Notes under the pieces: model-generated
Seen by the model: only the letters and a program-made list of their open reading frames with translations
What the model was told of the DNA's origin: nothing
Database searches by the model: none
Assembly: GCA_963801355.1 (NCBI GenBank)
Contig: CAWDEM010000004.1
Coordinates: 448,001 to 512,000 of the forward strand
Reading direction: 5' to 3'
DNA length: 64,000 bases
DNA from: Ignavibacteriota bacterium
GTDB lineage: Bacteria > Bacteroidota > Ignavibacteria > UBA10030 > UBA6906
Position numbers and translations under genes: made by a program
Shown here: positions 12,107 to 21,288 of the stretch, piece by piece
How positions within the stretch are numbered: the stretch's first letter is position 1
Layout of the letters: each line of letters opens with the position of its first letter

Positions 12107-12120
12107 CGTTGGTTCGTGCT

Positions 12121-12201
12121 CCCTAACAGATTAGGTCCACCAGTGCGGTCAAGACAATATCCAACTCCACGCGGGGTCAGGTGCAGAATCTTGGTGACCG
12201 C
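12121..12201 (-). other. attC-like site, degenerate
   Basis: Minus strand CTGCACCTGACCCCGCGTGGAGTTGGAT...CGCACTGGTGGACCTAATCT-GTTAGGG; core nearly identical to the site at 589-670. Confidence 0.5.
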
Positions 12202-12882
12202 TCACCTGCCGACCCTAAGAATATCAGGGAAAAGATTCTTTCGAAGACGAGCACCTTTTCGTGAATGTTGCCCAGCTATGAGCCCACGCTCCTCGAGTAC
12301 TCGCAATACCTCGTCCTGCGCGTCTTGTCTCAAATAAGTCCCGCGACAGAGATGAGTCATGTCGGAGTTAGAAAGACGCCTATTGTCTCTGAGATGTGCC
12401 AAGACCGCCAGGGCGACGTAGAATTTGCGGTCCCGGTTCTCGCCTGACAGACTATTGTAGATATTCCGGGGATGCGTGTAGTCACGCGTCAAGTATTTTG
12501 CTAGGTTAGGAACAAGATTGTCTTGATCAAAGCCGTCTGCTGACTTGTACTCAATCCTTTGAAGACCTTGGATATCTGCGGGAACTCCTCTGGTGAGTGA
12601 TCGATTAAGGAGGATATAGTAGTCAACCCGTAGCCCCTCGGCCAATCCAATTTCAAGCGCAACGTTAGGGTTCCACAGGGAGATGTCGAAAATGCAGAAG
12701 TCAACTGCTTTGATGTAACTGGTGAGAACGCCCAACAAGTGCTTTGTGGTCAGACGAGTATCGGCGTAATACCAACGAAATGGAATCTTGTCGAGAGTGT
12801 TCTTGAATTCCTGAAACGGAAATTCTCCACCGTATGGACACCCGACGAAGACACTGGGTAGCTTGTATGGTGCTCTTGCCAT
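12202..12882 (-). CDS. Nucleoside 2-deoxyribosyltransferase/TIR-like domain plus probable C-terminal winged helix
   Basis: VFVGCPY...DFCIFDISLWNPNVALEIGLA...VPADIQG; C-terminal VLRVLEERGLI. Confidence 0.6.
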   Translation of the reverse strand: MARAPYKLPSVFVGCPYGGEFPFQEFKNTLDKIPFRWYYADTRLTTKHLLGVLTSYIKAVDFCIFDISLWNPNVALEIGLAEGLRVDYYILLNRSLTRGVPADIQGLQRIEYKSADGFDQDNLVPNLAKYLTRDYTHPRNIYNSLSGENRDRKFYVALAVLAHLRDNRRLSNSDMTHLCRGTYLRQDAQDEVLRVLEERGLIAGQHSRKGARLRKNLFPDILRVGR

Positions 12883-12905
12883 AGTGCCTCCTCAAAAGTG
12901 TGAGC

Positions 12906-12936
12906 GCCCTAGCAATGGCTACTCACCTGCGCCGCA
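12906..12936 (-). other. Right half of an attC-like site
   Basis: Minus strand GCGGCGCAGGTGAGTAGCCATT-GCTAGGGC just upstream of the NDT-like gene. Confidence 0.4.
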
Positions 12937-12945
12937 AAACGCAAT

Positions 12946-12973
12946 AGCCTCCCCATCCATCGGACGAAGAGGC
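12946..12973 (-). repeat. 28-bp hairpin repeat, copy 1 of 3
   Basis: AGCCTCCCCATCCATCGGACGAAGAGGC, identical at 28148 and (inverted) at 51742. Confidence 0.85.
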
Positions 12974-13234
12974 CCATTCTACATGTCGCAGTATACCTTC
13001 CCCCGATTGCTGCTTCGAAGATACGGGAAGAGCCCCAGATTGTCAACGGCGTTTCGATATGAAGAGGTAGCGTACTCGCCCGAAATTGGTGCGTACTGGA
13101 TGCGTGAGCGGATGAAGCCGTCCAGGGATGCCAGACAAAAGGGGAAGCCACTTGTAGCTCCCCTTCCCCACATCGAATTGTACCGTGAACACTCCCGCAG
13201 GTCTGGTTACATTCACCAGATGGGCTACTTCCTG

Positions 13235-13738
13235 TCATTTGGTTGGAGGTGTTGCCTGGACACCAAGCTGCTGTAGGACAGAATGCATGTCATACTCTGT
13301 GTGCTCTTCTGCAAGCTTGCCGTCCACGAAGCGGCTCAAGCTCAATCCACTAGCCTTGAATGACTTCCCGGTGGGGGGGAATGCTCCGGGACCGGTGTTC
13401 GTTCCGGTGATGGTCCAACGCACTACCGCATGGTCCCCTACATAGAATTCCTCCTCGATGGTCACTTTGAAGTCCGGATACATCCCGCGGATGGACGCAA
13501 TGACTCCCTTCAGTGAATCTAACCCCCTGGACACATCGGTCGTCCTATCATAGCGCACGACCTGCGGCACACAGATTCCGTCGAGAGCGCTGAGATTCCC
13601 CGTGTTCCACGCTTGAACGTAGGTCTCCACCACGGGCTTGAGTTTTGCAGTCGCATCTCGTACCGGGTCGGGGGGTTGTTGGCACCCCATCAGGAGGCCG
13701 ACACTGACAAAAAAAGCTAAGAAGAAGACTGGTCTCAT
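13235..13738 (-). CDS. SnoaL-like/ester cyclase lipoprotein
   Basis: Lipobox LMGC; YPDFKVTIEE...GDHAVVRWTITGTNTG...PPTGK...DGKLAEE. Confidence 0.85.
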   Translation of the reverse strand: MRPVFFLAFFVSVGLLMGCQQPPDPVRDATAKLKPVVETYVQAWNTGNLSALDGICVPQVVRYDRTTDVSRGLDSLKGVIASIRGMYPDFKVTIEEEFYVGDHAVVRWTITGTNTGPGAFPPTGKSFKASGLSLSRFVDGKLAEEHTEYDMHSVLQQLGVQATPPTK

Positions 13739-13965
13739 GGCTAGTTCTCCTATCATGATGTTGATTGCTTCACTGTTTGTGAAGCTGCATGGCACGCAGG
13801 ATAGTCTCGTATTACCTCATTCTGACCTGCGCTTCGTGAAAGAGTGAAGTACCGCGTGATTGGTGCTCTTCTTTCTCAAGACTGCGCGCGGACAGCCGAC
13901 CGTGTACAGCTGAAGTTGTCTTGCGTGTGCGGTTTTCTATCTGTGCGCGGACTTCTCCGCACAGC

Positions 13966-14481
13966 CTATTTGCGCTCCTGCATCGGTGGTGGGAAGTGTC
14001 CTAACTGCATCAATGCTGACAAATTGTCCCAAGTTACCCACATTTCCGCAACCTTGCCATTCTCGAAGCGTTGCACGCCGGCAATCTCTATGGACATCTG
14101 TTTGTTTGACGGGGGAAAAGGCCCCATTGATCCCTTTTGAGTGCCCACGTAAGTGCCGTGGAACGCCACGAAGTTGCCTTCCGCCACCACGTGGTCAAAC
14201 GTCATACGCGAATCAGGGAAAGCAGCAGAATCTCGTCTCAGAAACTGTTTGAACTCTTCCAAACTGTTGACCTTAACATCAGGCGTCGCCTGGGAATGGC
14301 GGACGAAATTTCTGATGCCCCAATCATTGAGATCCTCGAAGTTCTTGCTGTTGATTGCGTCAACGCTACGGAGGAACACCTGTTTGTTTTCCTCTGCCTG
14401 TTGTATGGCAGAAGGCTTGCAGCCAACGATGAATAGCAGAAGTGTCATTCCAGCTGCCAAAAGTAGGTTCTGTGGTTTCAT
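13966..14481 (-). CDS. SnoaL-like/ester cyclase lipoprotein (paralog)
   Basis: Lipobox IVGC; AFPD...VAEGNFVA...GTQKG...FENGKVAEMW. Confidence 0.85.
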   Translation of the reverse strand: MKPQNLLLAAGMTLLLFIVGCKPSAIQQAEENKQVFLRSVDAINSKNFEDLNDWGIRNFVRHSQATPDVKVNSLEEFKQFLRRDSAAFPDSRMTFDHVVAEGNFVAFHGTYVGTQKGSMGPFPPSNKQMSIEIAGVQRFENGKVAEMWVTWDNLSALMQLGHFPPPMQERK

Positions 14482-15168
14482 CTGTCACTCCTTGATTTGG
14501 AGACATAGAGCCAGACAATTTCAGCTCGCTCAGGATTCGGTGGGTCGTCGGGTAGGACGGTAAGACTCGGCGGCTCGCTGAGTTCTACATTGAGCCATTG
14601 AGTTCTTGTGTCTATTCAGACTTAGTGTACTTCGAGGCTCGTAGCCAAGGGGTCGTCGGGGAAGGCTCTACAGCAGAGGAACAGGGTCCAGAGCGGCGGC
14701 TCATTGGCTGAGGAGCCATTGAGCTGTTCTATGGCGAAAAATATAACACAGCGCTCAAGCAAAGTCAAACTGCACTTGTAGAGGGGAGCGTAGACCCCGA
14801 AAGTGTTGCGGACTGGATGCGCACACATCACGCCGACCCCTCCCCACCCCCAAAGCGGGGTTGCCTCTCCAACGCCGTTGAGATTCGGCTGAATTAAGTT
14901 GAAGTTCGACTACTCTCTCCTCACGCCTGTCCTGCCACATGCGTACACTGTTTCGCTTCCTCAACGTCACACGTCCTACACAAATAGCTACGCACTCATC
15001 GTGTGAGTTCGACCCGGCGCTCTGCGCCGGGACCTCAGCGTAACAGCCCAACCACACGCCCACACGCAAACCCCTCCCACTCCAAAGGCTCCCCTGTGTA
15101 TGTGGAGCTACAAAACAAATCACAAGCATCGCTACGCGACAACCACAACCCTTCGGGAGGCTACGCCA

Positions 15169-15444
15169 ATGGCAGCACTCACAGTGATTCGCGAATCCAA
15201 GTTCTTCCGGTTCAACCGCGAAGCAGGTTATGTCCCATGCACGGTTGCTCAGGCAACGAAGATCACGGGAATTGTCCCGACTGGGACCACAGCAGAGGAC
15301 ATCACGGCATACGTGTCGGATAAGTTGCCCGGCATGGTCGTCACCGTGAAGTCCAATGCTCCCTGTAACGCCCAGAAACGTCCCGAGAGAACCGGGATGA
15401 ACTTCATCGACATCCGCCTGGCTGTTCAGGGCCAGGACTTCTGA
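15169..15444 (+). CDS. Small hypothetical protein, first gene of module A
   Basis: GGGAGG RBS, ATG at 15169, followed by a strong hairpin. Confidence 0.6.
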   Translation: MAALTVIRESKFFRFNREAGYVPCTVAQATKITGIVPTGTTAEDITAYVSDKLPGMVVTVKSNAPCNAQKRPERTGMNFIDIRLAVQGQDF

Positions 15445-15665
15445 TTCCCAGCTGACGACCCTGGGAGCACCTGACGGTGCTTCCCAGGGGAGTCGAGTTC
15501 TCAATCCTCCCACACACCACAGGACGGCGCTGAAGCGCCGTCACGATACGCTCAGACACGCATGTGTCCAGGCACTTGGGTGTTCCCCGCGAGCGTATGC
15601 GGCGCAGCTAGAGCATTCCCAGCACACTTAGGAAAACCAGCACAGGACTTCTTCAAGGAGATCTC

Positions 15666-15803
15666 GTGAAAGAATACTTGGTCTACACACTCGGTAGCGG
15701 TTGCTACCTCGGTCGGATAATGGCTTCCAACTTTTCTTCAGCGCTCAAGCGCGCCCAAATCAAGTACGGGTCACCCTTTGTCACCTGCGTACAGGTGCAC
15801 TGA
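15666..15803 (+). CDS. 45-aa hypothetical protein
   Basis: AAGGAG RBS, GTG start, MKEYLVYTLGSGCYLG...; below the ORF-track cutoff. Confidence 0.5.
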   Translation: MKEYLVYTLGSGCYLGRIMASNFSSALKRAQIKYGSPFVTCVQVH

Positions 15804-15856
15804 GTATTCGCGCGCGACGTAGCCGCCGGTGCTCCGTGAAGTCGTTACCGGCATAT

Positions 15857-15970
15857 AGCCTGATCGTCTAATAGGCAAAGGTTGTGTGCGACTTCTTGAC
15901 GTTGACGCACCTTTAGGACGACCTCCCTCTCAGGAAGTAGATGTGGGTGCAATTCCCGCTCAGGCTACCA
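15857..15970 (+). tRNA. tRNA-Glu(CTC)-like gene with a 38-nt hairpin inserted in the D-loop
   Basis: Acceptor AGCCTGA/TCAGGCT plus ACCA; D-stem GTCT/GGAC; anticodon arm ACCTC-CCTCTCAG-GAAGT; T-arm GTGGG-TGCAATT-CCCGC; 76 nt after removing 15877-15914. Confidence 0.7.
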
Positions 15971-16002
15971 CTCATAGCTATTCACTCATACCAAGGACTC
16001 AC

Positions 16003-16188
16003 ATGGACGAATACAAGATGGGGCGCATCGGCGCGGTGATCGGCATAGTCACTCCGTTATTCTCCACGTCAGAATTTCACGGACTGATGCGATTGCTGGA
16101 ATCACTCGGACCCGAGGACGACATCCGGACAATAGTCACTTTAGCACTCCCAACATTCAACGATAGGACTCATGCGGCATGGCACTGA
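16003..16188 (+). CDS. Small hypothetical protein
   Basis: AAGGA RBS, MDEYKMGRIG... Confidence 0.45.
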   Translation: MDEYKMGRIGAVIGIVTPLFSTSEFHGLMRLLESLGPEDDIRTIVTLALPTFNDRTHAAWH

Positions 16189-16367
16189 CAACGTATACAG
16201 CGATCATCGGTGGGGACCACAAGGTACTTGCCCTTTACAAACACCCTTTGGCTACACTCGCAGCTCTCGATCAGTTGGAAACATGGCACACCACACTCGT
16301 AGACATGGTTGCCACGGATTATCACCAGGCGCAGATCACGCTTCAGAAGATCGGGTATTCACTTTGA
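16179..16367 (+). CDS. Small hypothetical protein
   Basis: Co-directional 62-aa ORF overlapping the previous one. Confidence 0.45.
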   Translation: MALTTYTAIIGGDHKVLALYKHPLATLAALDQLETWHTTLVDMVATDYHQAQITLQKIGYSL

Positions 16368-16708
16368 ACTGCATCGTCGGACCGACTTCATGTTGCCCGC
16401 GCTACATCAGAAACGTGGCTTGCGTGTTAATCTGTGACACATCACTCCCCGGTGGCCATGCCCGTCATTCAGGACACGCCACCTGGGGTGACCCTGCCCA
16501 TTCTCAGAATAACCGGCACACGAGCCTACTTGAAGACGAGTATTACGCATGCGACGGCACAGAGCAGAAGCGATCTCTCTTCGGCATGGGTTCACTCCTC
16601 ACAAACACCCCAGGGATTAGCGCATCTCGCGATTGAAAGTGCGCAGGTGTTCGAGACCTGAACTTCAGCCTACTGGCGGAGGGCCAACAGTCCTCCCGCC
16701 GGCCAACT

Positions 16709-17774
16709 ATGTACGCCTATTTCAAGCACTCAAGGTACAGCATTTACCAGCGCCTTGTAAACATATCACCAATGGGGAGCCTCAAAAATATGTTTGCACT
16801 CAAGACAAAAGGTATCACCCGCTACACTGTGGCGGCCAAGTTAGCCCAACTGGCCAGCAACTCATCGTCAACGCCATCCAGGGTGGCTCTGCTCGGGCTG
16901 ATGCCCGTGCACTACAGTCCCGGAAGTCTGCGAGCTGGACAGGTGTGCTGGCAGACAAACTTTGACTGGACAGCACGTATACCGCAGGCACCCAGCTTTG
17001 CCCGGCGTATCAGCAAACACCTGTACAAGGCCCAGGGCTTACAAGCTGCCGGCCCAGGCGCTGCAGGCCATCGGCAACCTGGCCGAAGAGTACTCCACCG
17101 AGCCCAAAGAGTACTACTGGGACGTTGCCAAGTCTATCGACTGGGACGCCGGCGACTTTGGTGACGACGGCTCATGCTTCTGGGGTTGCCGCGAAGGAAG
17201 ATAGGGAGATGCTCGACCATGCCCATATTGCCGGAGCTGTACGGCTGTATCACCGCGAGGGCCGCTTACTATGAGGCTTGCCCGCTGCTGGTTTGTCAAC
17301 CAGAAAGAGGGCGTTGTCATCTTCAATGCCTACGGTGATGATCTCTCAACATTCGCAGAAATACTGGCACACCACCTCCAAGCCAAATGGGTGAAAGCAT
17401 ACCTGGAATGGCATGGCGGTACGGACAGCCTCTACATCAACGGTGAGCGTGGCATCCTGCTCTTTCCACCCACCGAGAAACATTCTCCCACGAACACGTC
17501 CATCACTATCCATGGACTTCGGGACGGCAGCTGCGGTGCATGTGGCTGTGAGCAGTATGACGACGACCTGCATGAGTATGAGGGCTATGAGTTCTGCATA
17601 GGTTGTGGAAGTCACTGTGACTGGTGTGGCTGCAACATCCCTCATCATGATACCGGTCCCGGCTCGTGGCACCTGGGAGTATATAGAACCGATGCCGGTC
17701 GCCGTTACTGCCGCAAGTGTGCGGGCAACAAGGGCTGCTATGAACACGCGGAAGAAGAGGCGGAAGCCGCATGA
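16709..17774 (+). CDS. Phage-like hypothetical protein with Cys-rich C-terminus, frameshifted
   Basis: Fragments DWDAGDFGDDGSCFW, ARCW...IFNAYG and multiple CxxC pairs. Confidence 0.5.
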
Positions 17775-18710
17775 AACGTAAACACCGATTGCGCTACCGC
17801 GAAAATAGATCCGACGCTCCCCCTCCCCTCATAGGCGCTTCACCGTTGACGGGGCTGGGTCCGGCAAGGTATATTGAAACCCCCAAGCATGCACTCATAC
17901 CGATTCCGCATGACTTGGGACGTTCTCAAACGCATCTGCCTCATGGACGAAGAAGAGTTTATCCCGTATGGCGTCAACCTGCTGGACGCGAACTACCCAC
18001 TTATCTACAAGGACAACGACGCCAACGTACTGGCTGTTGCACATCTGGACTCATGTCACGAGCGGCAGCTTCTGTGAAGTTGCTGTCACACCGCCTGCGA
18101 CATGGGTATTCTCTCCAAGTCTTGGATGATCGTCTTGGTGTGTATGTCATTACCCACGTACTGCCAGCTATGGGCATCAACGTGGACGTGCTGCTCACCA
18201 CTGGCGAAGAGATGGGCCAGTCCTCTGCCGCTTACTTTGACCCGGGCGAGAAGAAGTACAACTGGATGTTCCAGTTTGACCGTGGCGGGACCGATGTTGT
18301 CACCTATGATTACGGCGACAAGTCTCTCTACAAGACGGCTCAGGGCGGCAGGCTTTGAGAGAATCGAGCAAGGGCTCTTCTCCGACATCAGCTCAATGGA
18401 ACACGTCGGGTGCAAGGGCTTCAATATCGGCACAGCATACTACGACTACCACTCGCAGCATGCCTATGCCAGGATGGACGAGCTCGATGACCAGATACGG
18501 ACATTCCAGCGTTTCCACAAACTTTTCAAAGACTCCATGCTTGAGCATACCGAGGAACGCCACTACTGGCATTATGCTCAACCGTTTCAACCCACTGAAA
18601 CCAAAGCACCACACTGGGAAGCTGTCGAGTGCTGGCGCTGCTTCACCGTCTATGAATCAGACGAAGCAGTATCTCGCTGTCCCAACTGTGCAGAAGTCAA
18701 CCCGATGTGA
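17771..18710 (+). CDS. Phage-type M28/M20 zinc peptidase-like protein, frameshifted
   Basis: VAHLDS, LDDRLGV, TTGEEMG, QFDRGG, FSDIS and YYDYHS Zn-exopeptidase motifs. Confidence 0.7.
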
Positions 18711-18719
18711 AAGGAAATC

Positions 18720-19712
18720 ATGCCTGACAATATCAACCAAGTAAACGGCGTGGCCTCAATGGCCTACGCCGGAAAAGTTCCGTGGCATGGCTACGGCACA
18801 CAACTCGCCGGGCTGGCAACAGCCCGCGAGATGCTTCACGCTGCGCATCTCGACTATGAAGTTGGAGCTGCGTCAGCTACTCACTTACGATCAGCAACCG
18901 CAGTACAACACTCCTCGACGTTACCGACCACTTCGCCACAGTACGCTTGGACACCGACCAGGTGCTCGGCGTCGTCGGCAAACGCTACCACGTCCTGCAG
19001 AATGTCGATGCCTTTGAAGGCTTCGACACGATCTTCGGCGAAGGGCTGGCAATCTACGAAACAGCCGGCGCACTCGGGCGTGGGGAGCGTGTCTGGGCAC
19101 TGGCGCAGATCCCTGGCTTCATCACGCTGCCCAAAGAGGACCAGGTCAAGAAATACCTCTTGCTCGTCAACACGCACGATGGCTCGATGGGCGCACGGGT
19201 GAAGCTCGTCGCTGAGCGTGTCGTGTGTGAGAACACGCTGAACGTCGCCCTGCGTGAATCCTCTGGATTCGACCTCACGATCCGTCACACCGCCTCTGCC
19301 AAGCAGAAGCTTGAGGATGCGCGCAACCTGTTCCAGGGTGCAAACTCCATCTTCAACGATGTCAACGAGATCTTCCAGGAAATGTCCCAGCGCAAAATGC
19401 TCACCGAGGACCTGCACGCGCTACTTCGCGCATGTGTTCCCGCAGGCACTCAGCATGAGTGCCATCGAGAAGGGCAAGTTCGTCCCGCCAGCTGCACGTG
19501 AAGAGTGCATGGTGCTCCATGAAACGGGCAAAGGCTCTGACATGGCCCGTGGCACACTCTGGGGCGCCTACAACGCTGTCACCGAGTACGTTGATCATCA
19601 CAAGGAGTATCGCGGTGAGGCTGAAGGACGCTTCGCGTCCACGATGCTGGGCGGCGGTGCTCAAAAGAACTGCGTGCGTTCAACGTAGCTGTCAAACTCA
19701 TGGAGAAACTAA
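18720..19712 (+). CDS. DUF932 phage/plasmid-like protein, frameshifted
   Basis: VPWHG; GERVWALA; YLLLVNTHDGS; RVVCENTL; IRHT; TLWGAYNAVTEYVDH. Confidence 0.85.
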
Positions 19713-19729
19713 ACAGAAAGGAACAACAG

Positions 19730-20628
19730 TTGGCTAACCCCTATTATCGCACCGAGGAAGAGAAAGCTGAACTCATGGCGATGCGGGATGCGTTTGAAGC
19801 ACAGTTTGACGCACCCGCACCCACGAACTACACCATCCTCATCATCGGTGACACCGAGGACGGCAAGACGCACCTGGCTGCGACCATGAGCGAGATCATG
19901 CCGACCTATTTCTTCGACACGGAGTTCCGTGCCCATGTCGTCATCGACAAGTTCAAGAAGCTGGGCCGCGCAATCCGCGTCGCAGCCGTGAAGAGCTACT
20001 CCGAGCTGGTGGCTGGCACACGCTGGGTCATCAAGAACGTGAAGCCGGACGCATGCGTCGTCGTCGACTCAGGCACCGACCTTCAGAAGTATTCCGAAGA
20101 GAAGTACCTGGACGACCGTGGCCGGGAGAAGATGGGCATGCCCATCACCTGGCCGGAGATGTGGAGCTACACCTACCGCATCATGGACGACCTGAAGCAC
20201 TCAGGCTTTGTCACCGTCTACACGGCAAAGGTCAAGGATGAGTTCCTGAACGATGCACGCACCGGCAACAAGAAGCCGCGCGTCTTTGCGGATATTCCCT
20301 ACCGCGCAGACATCATCGTCGAGTTCAAGGACCGCGTGCCGCACCTGGTCAAGGCTGGCGCATGGCAGGTGGGCGACACGCCGATCAAGCTGCCCAAGGG
20401 CATCACACTGCCTGAGATCATCGCTATCTGCAAGGATCAGACGTTGCTGCCGCACGCCAACGGGCTGGCGCCCGTGGCGTCTGCGACACCGGAGATTGAC
20501 AAGATCACCATAACGCTGCCGGCTGCTCCTGCTGCGCCGCATGTGTCCAGCGCAAGCGTTGCAGACAGTCTCAGCAAAACACAACACCAAGGAGAGTCCC
20601 ACGACTCTCAACGAAAGGAACCAAGTAA
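19730..20628 (+). CDS. AAA_24/Sak4-like P-loop ATPase (probable ssDNA-annealing recombinase)
   Basis: Walker A GDTEDGKT, FFDTE, VVVDSGT; directly upstream of the SSB-like gene; 3' end uncertain because of an indel. Confidence 0.7.
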
Positions 20629-20630
20629 GT

Positions 20631-21234
20631 ATGCCACTCAAATCCAACGCTGGCAACGGCGGCAACTATATGCCGGGAGTGTTTGTCAACAAGCGCACGA
20701 TCGTCGACGTGGCCAACGCCACAGGCGAGACGACGTTCCCGAGTGACGTGGCCATCAAGCTGTTCTTCGAGAAGGTCGTGTCGAAGAAAACCAACGAAGA
20801 GTTCGAGCCGGCCATCACGATTTACGGCGACTTCCAGAAGGGTCCCGACGGCAAGGCGCTGCTGGATGCCACTGGCGCACCCCAGGGCTGGGGCTCAGCC
20901 TTCAAGATCGACCGCCTCATCAACCAGGTGGGCGGCTGGAACGGTGAGTTGACCTCTACCGCCATCCCCGACGAAGCCTTGCTGCCGCTGGTGGGCAAGA
21001 CCATCTACACGCTGTCCTACGCATCACGCGACAAGGACGGCAACAAGCAGATGAAGGACTACCAGATCGTTGCCCGCGAGAAGGAATACGCCAAGGGCGC
21101 GGAGATCGACGGTGGCGTGTGGTTGCTGGAGAACTTCCGCAACCAGGTCACGCAGCAGAAGATCAAGAACTATCACCCCGAAGCTGAATGGTTCGGGACC
21201 GGTAACAGTGCACAAAGAGGATCCAACATTCTGA
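20631..21234 (+). CDS. Putative phage ssDNA-binding protein
   Basis: Between ATPase and helicase; homologous to 35801..36373; probable ...EDPTF* tail after an indel near 21195. Confidence 0.5.
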
Positions 21235-21288
21235 GCTACTTAGGGAGGGGGCCTGAAAGGCCCCCGACCCACCAACAAAAGGAGACGC

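Noticed and set aside
14490-15100. Non-coding region with short repeats (GAGCCATTGAG twice) and C/A skew as a replication origin
   Set aside because: There are only two short repeats and no AT-rich unwinding element or iteron array; the evidence is insufficient.
15920-15940. Odd tRNA as tRNA-Sec/opal suppressor (TCA) or as a +1 frameshift suppressor explaining island A frameshifts
   Set aside because: There is no long variable arm or extended acceptor stem, and the D-arm is Glu-like. The extra loop base is in a C run within an indel-prone region, and I saw no shared codon context at the frameshifts.
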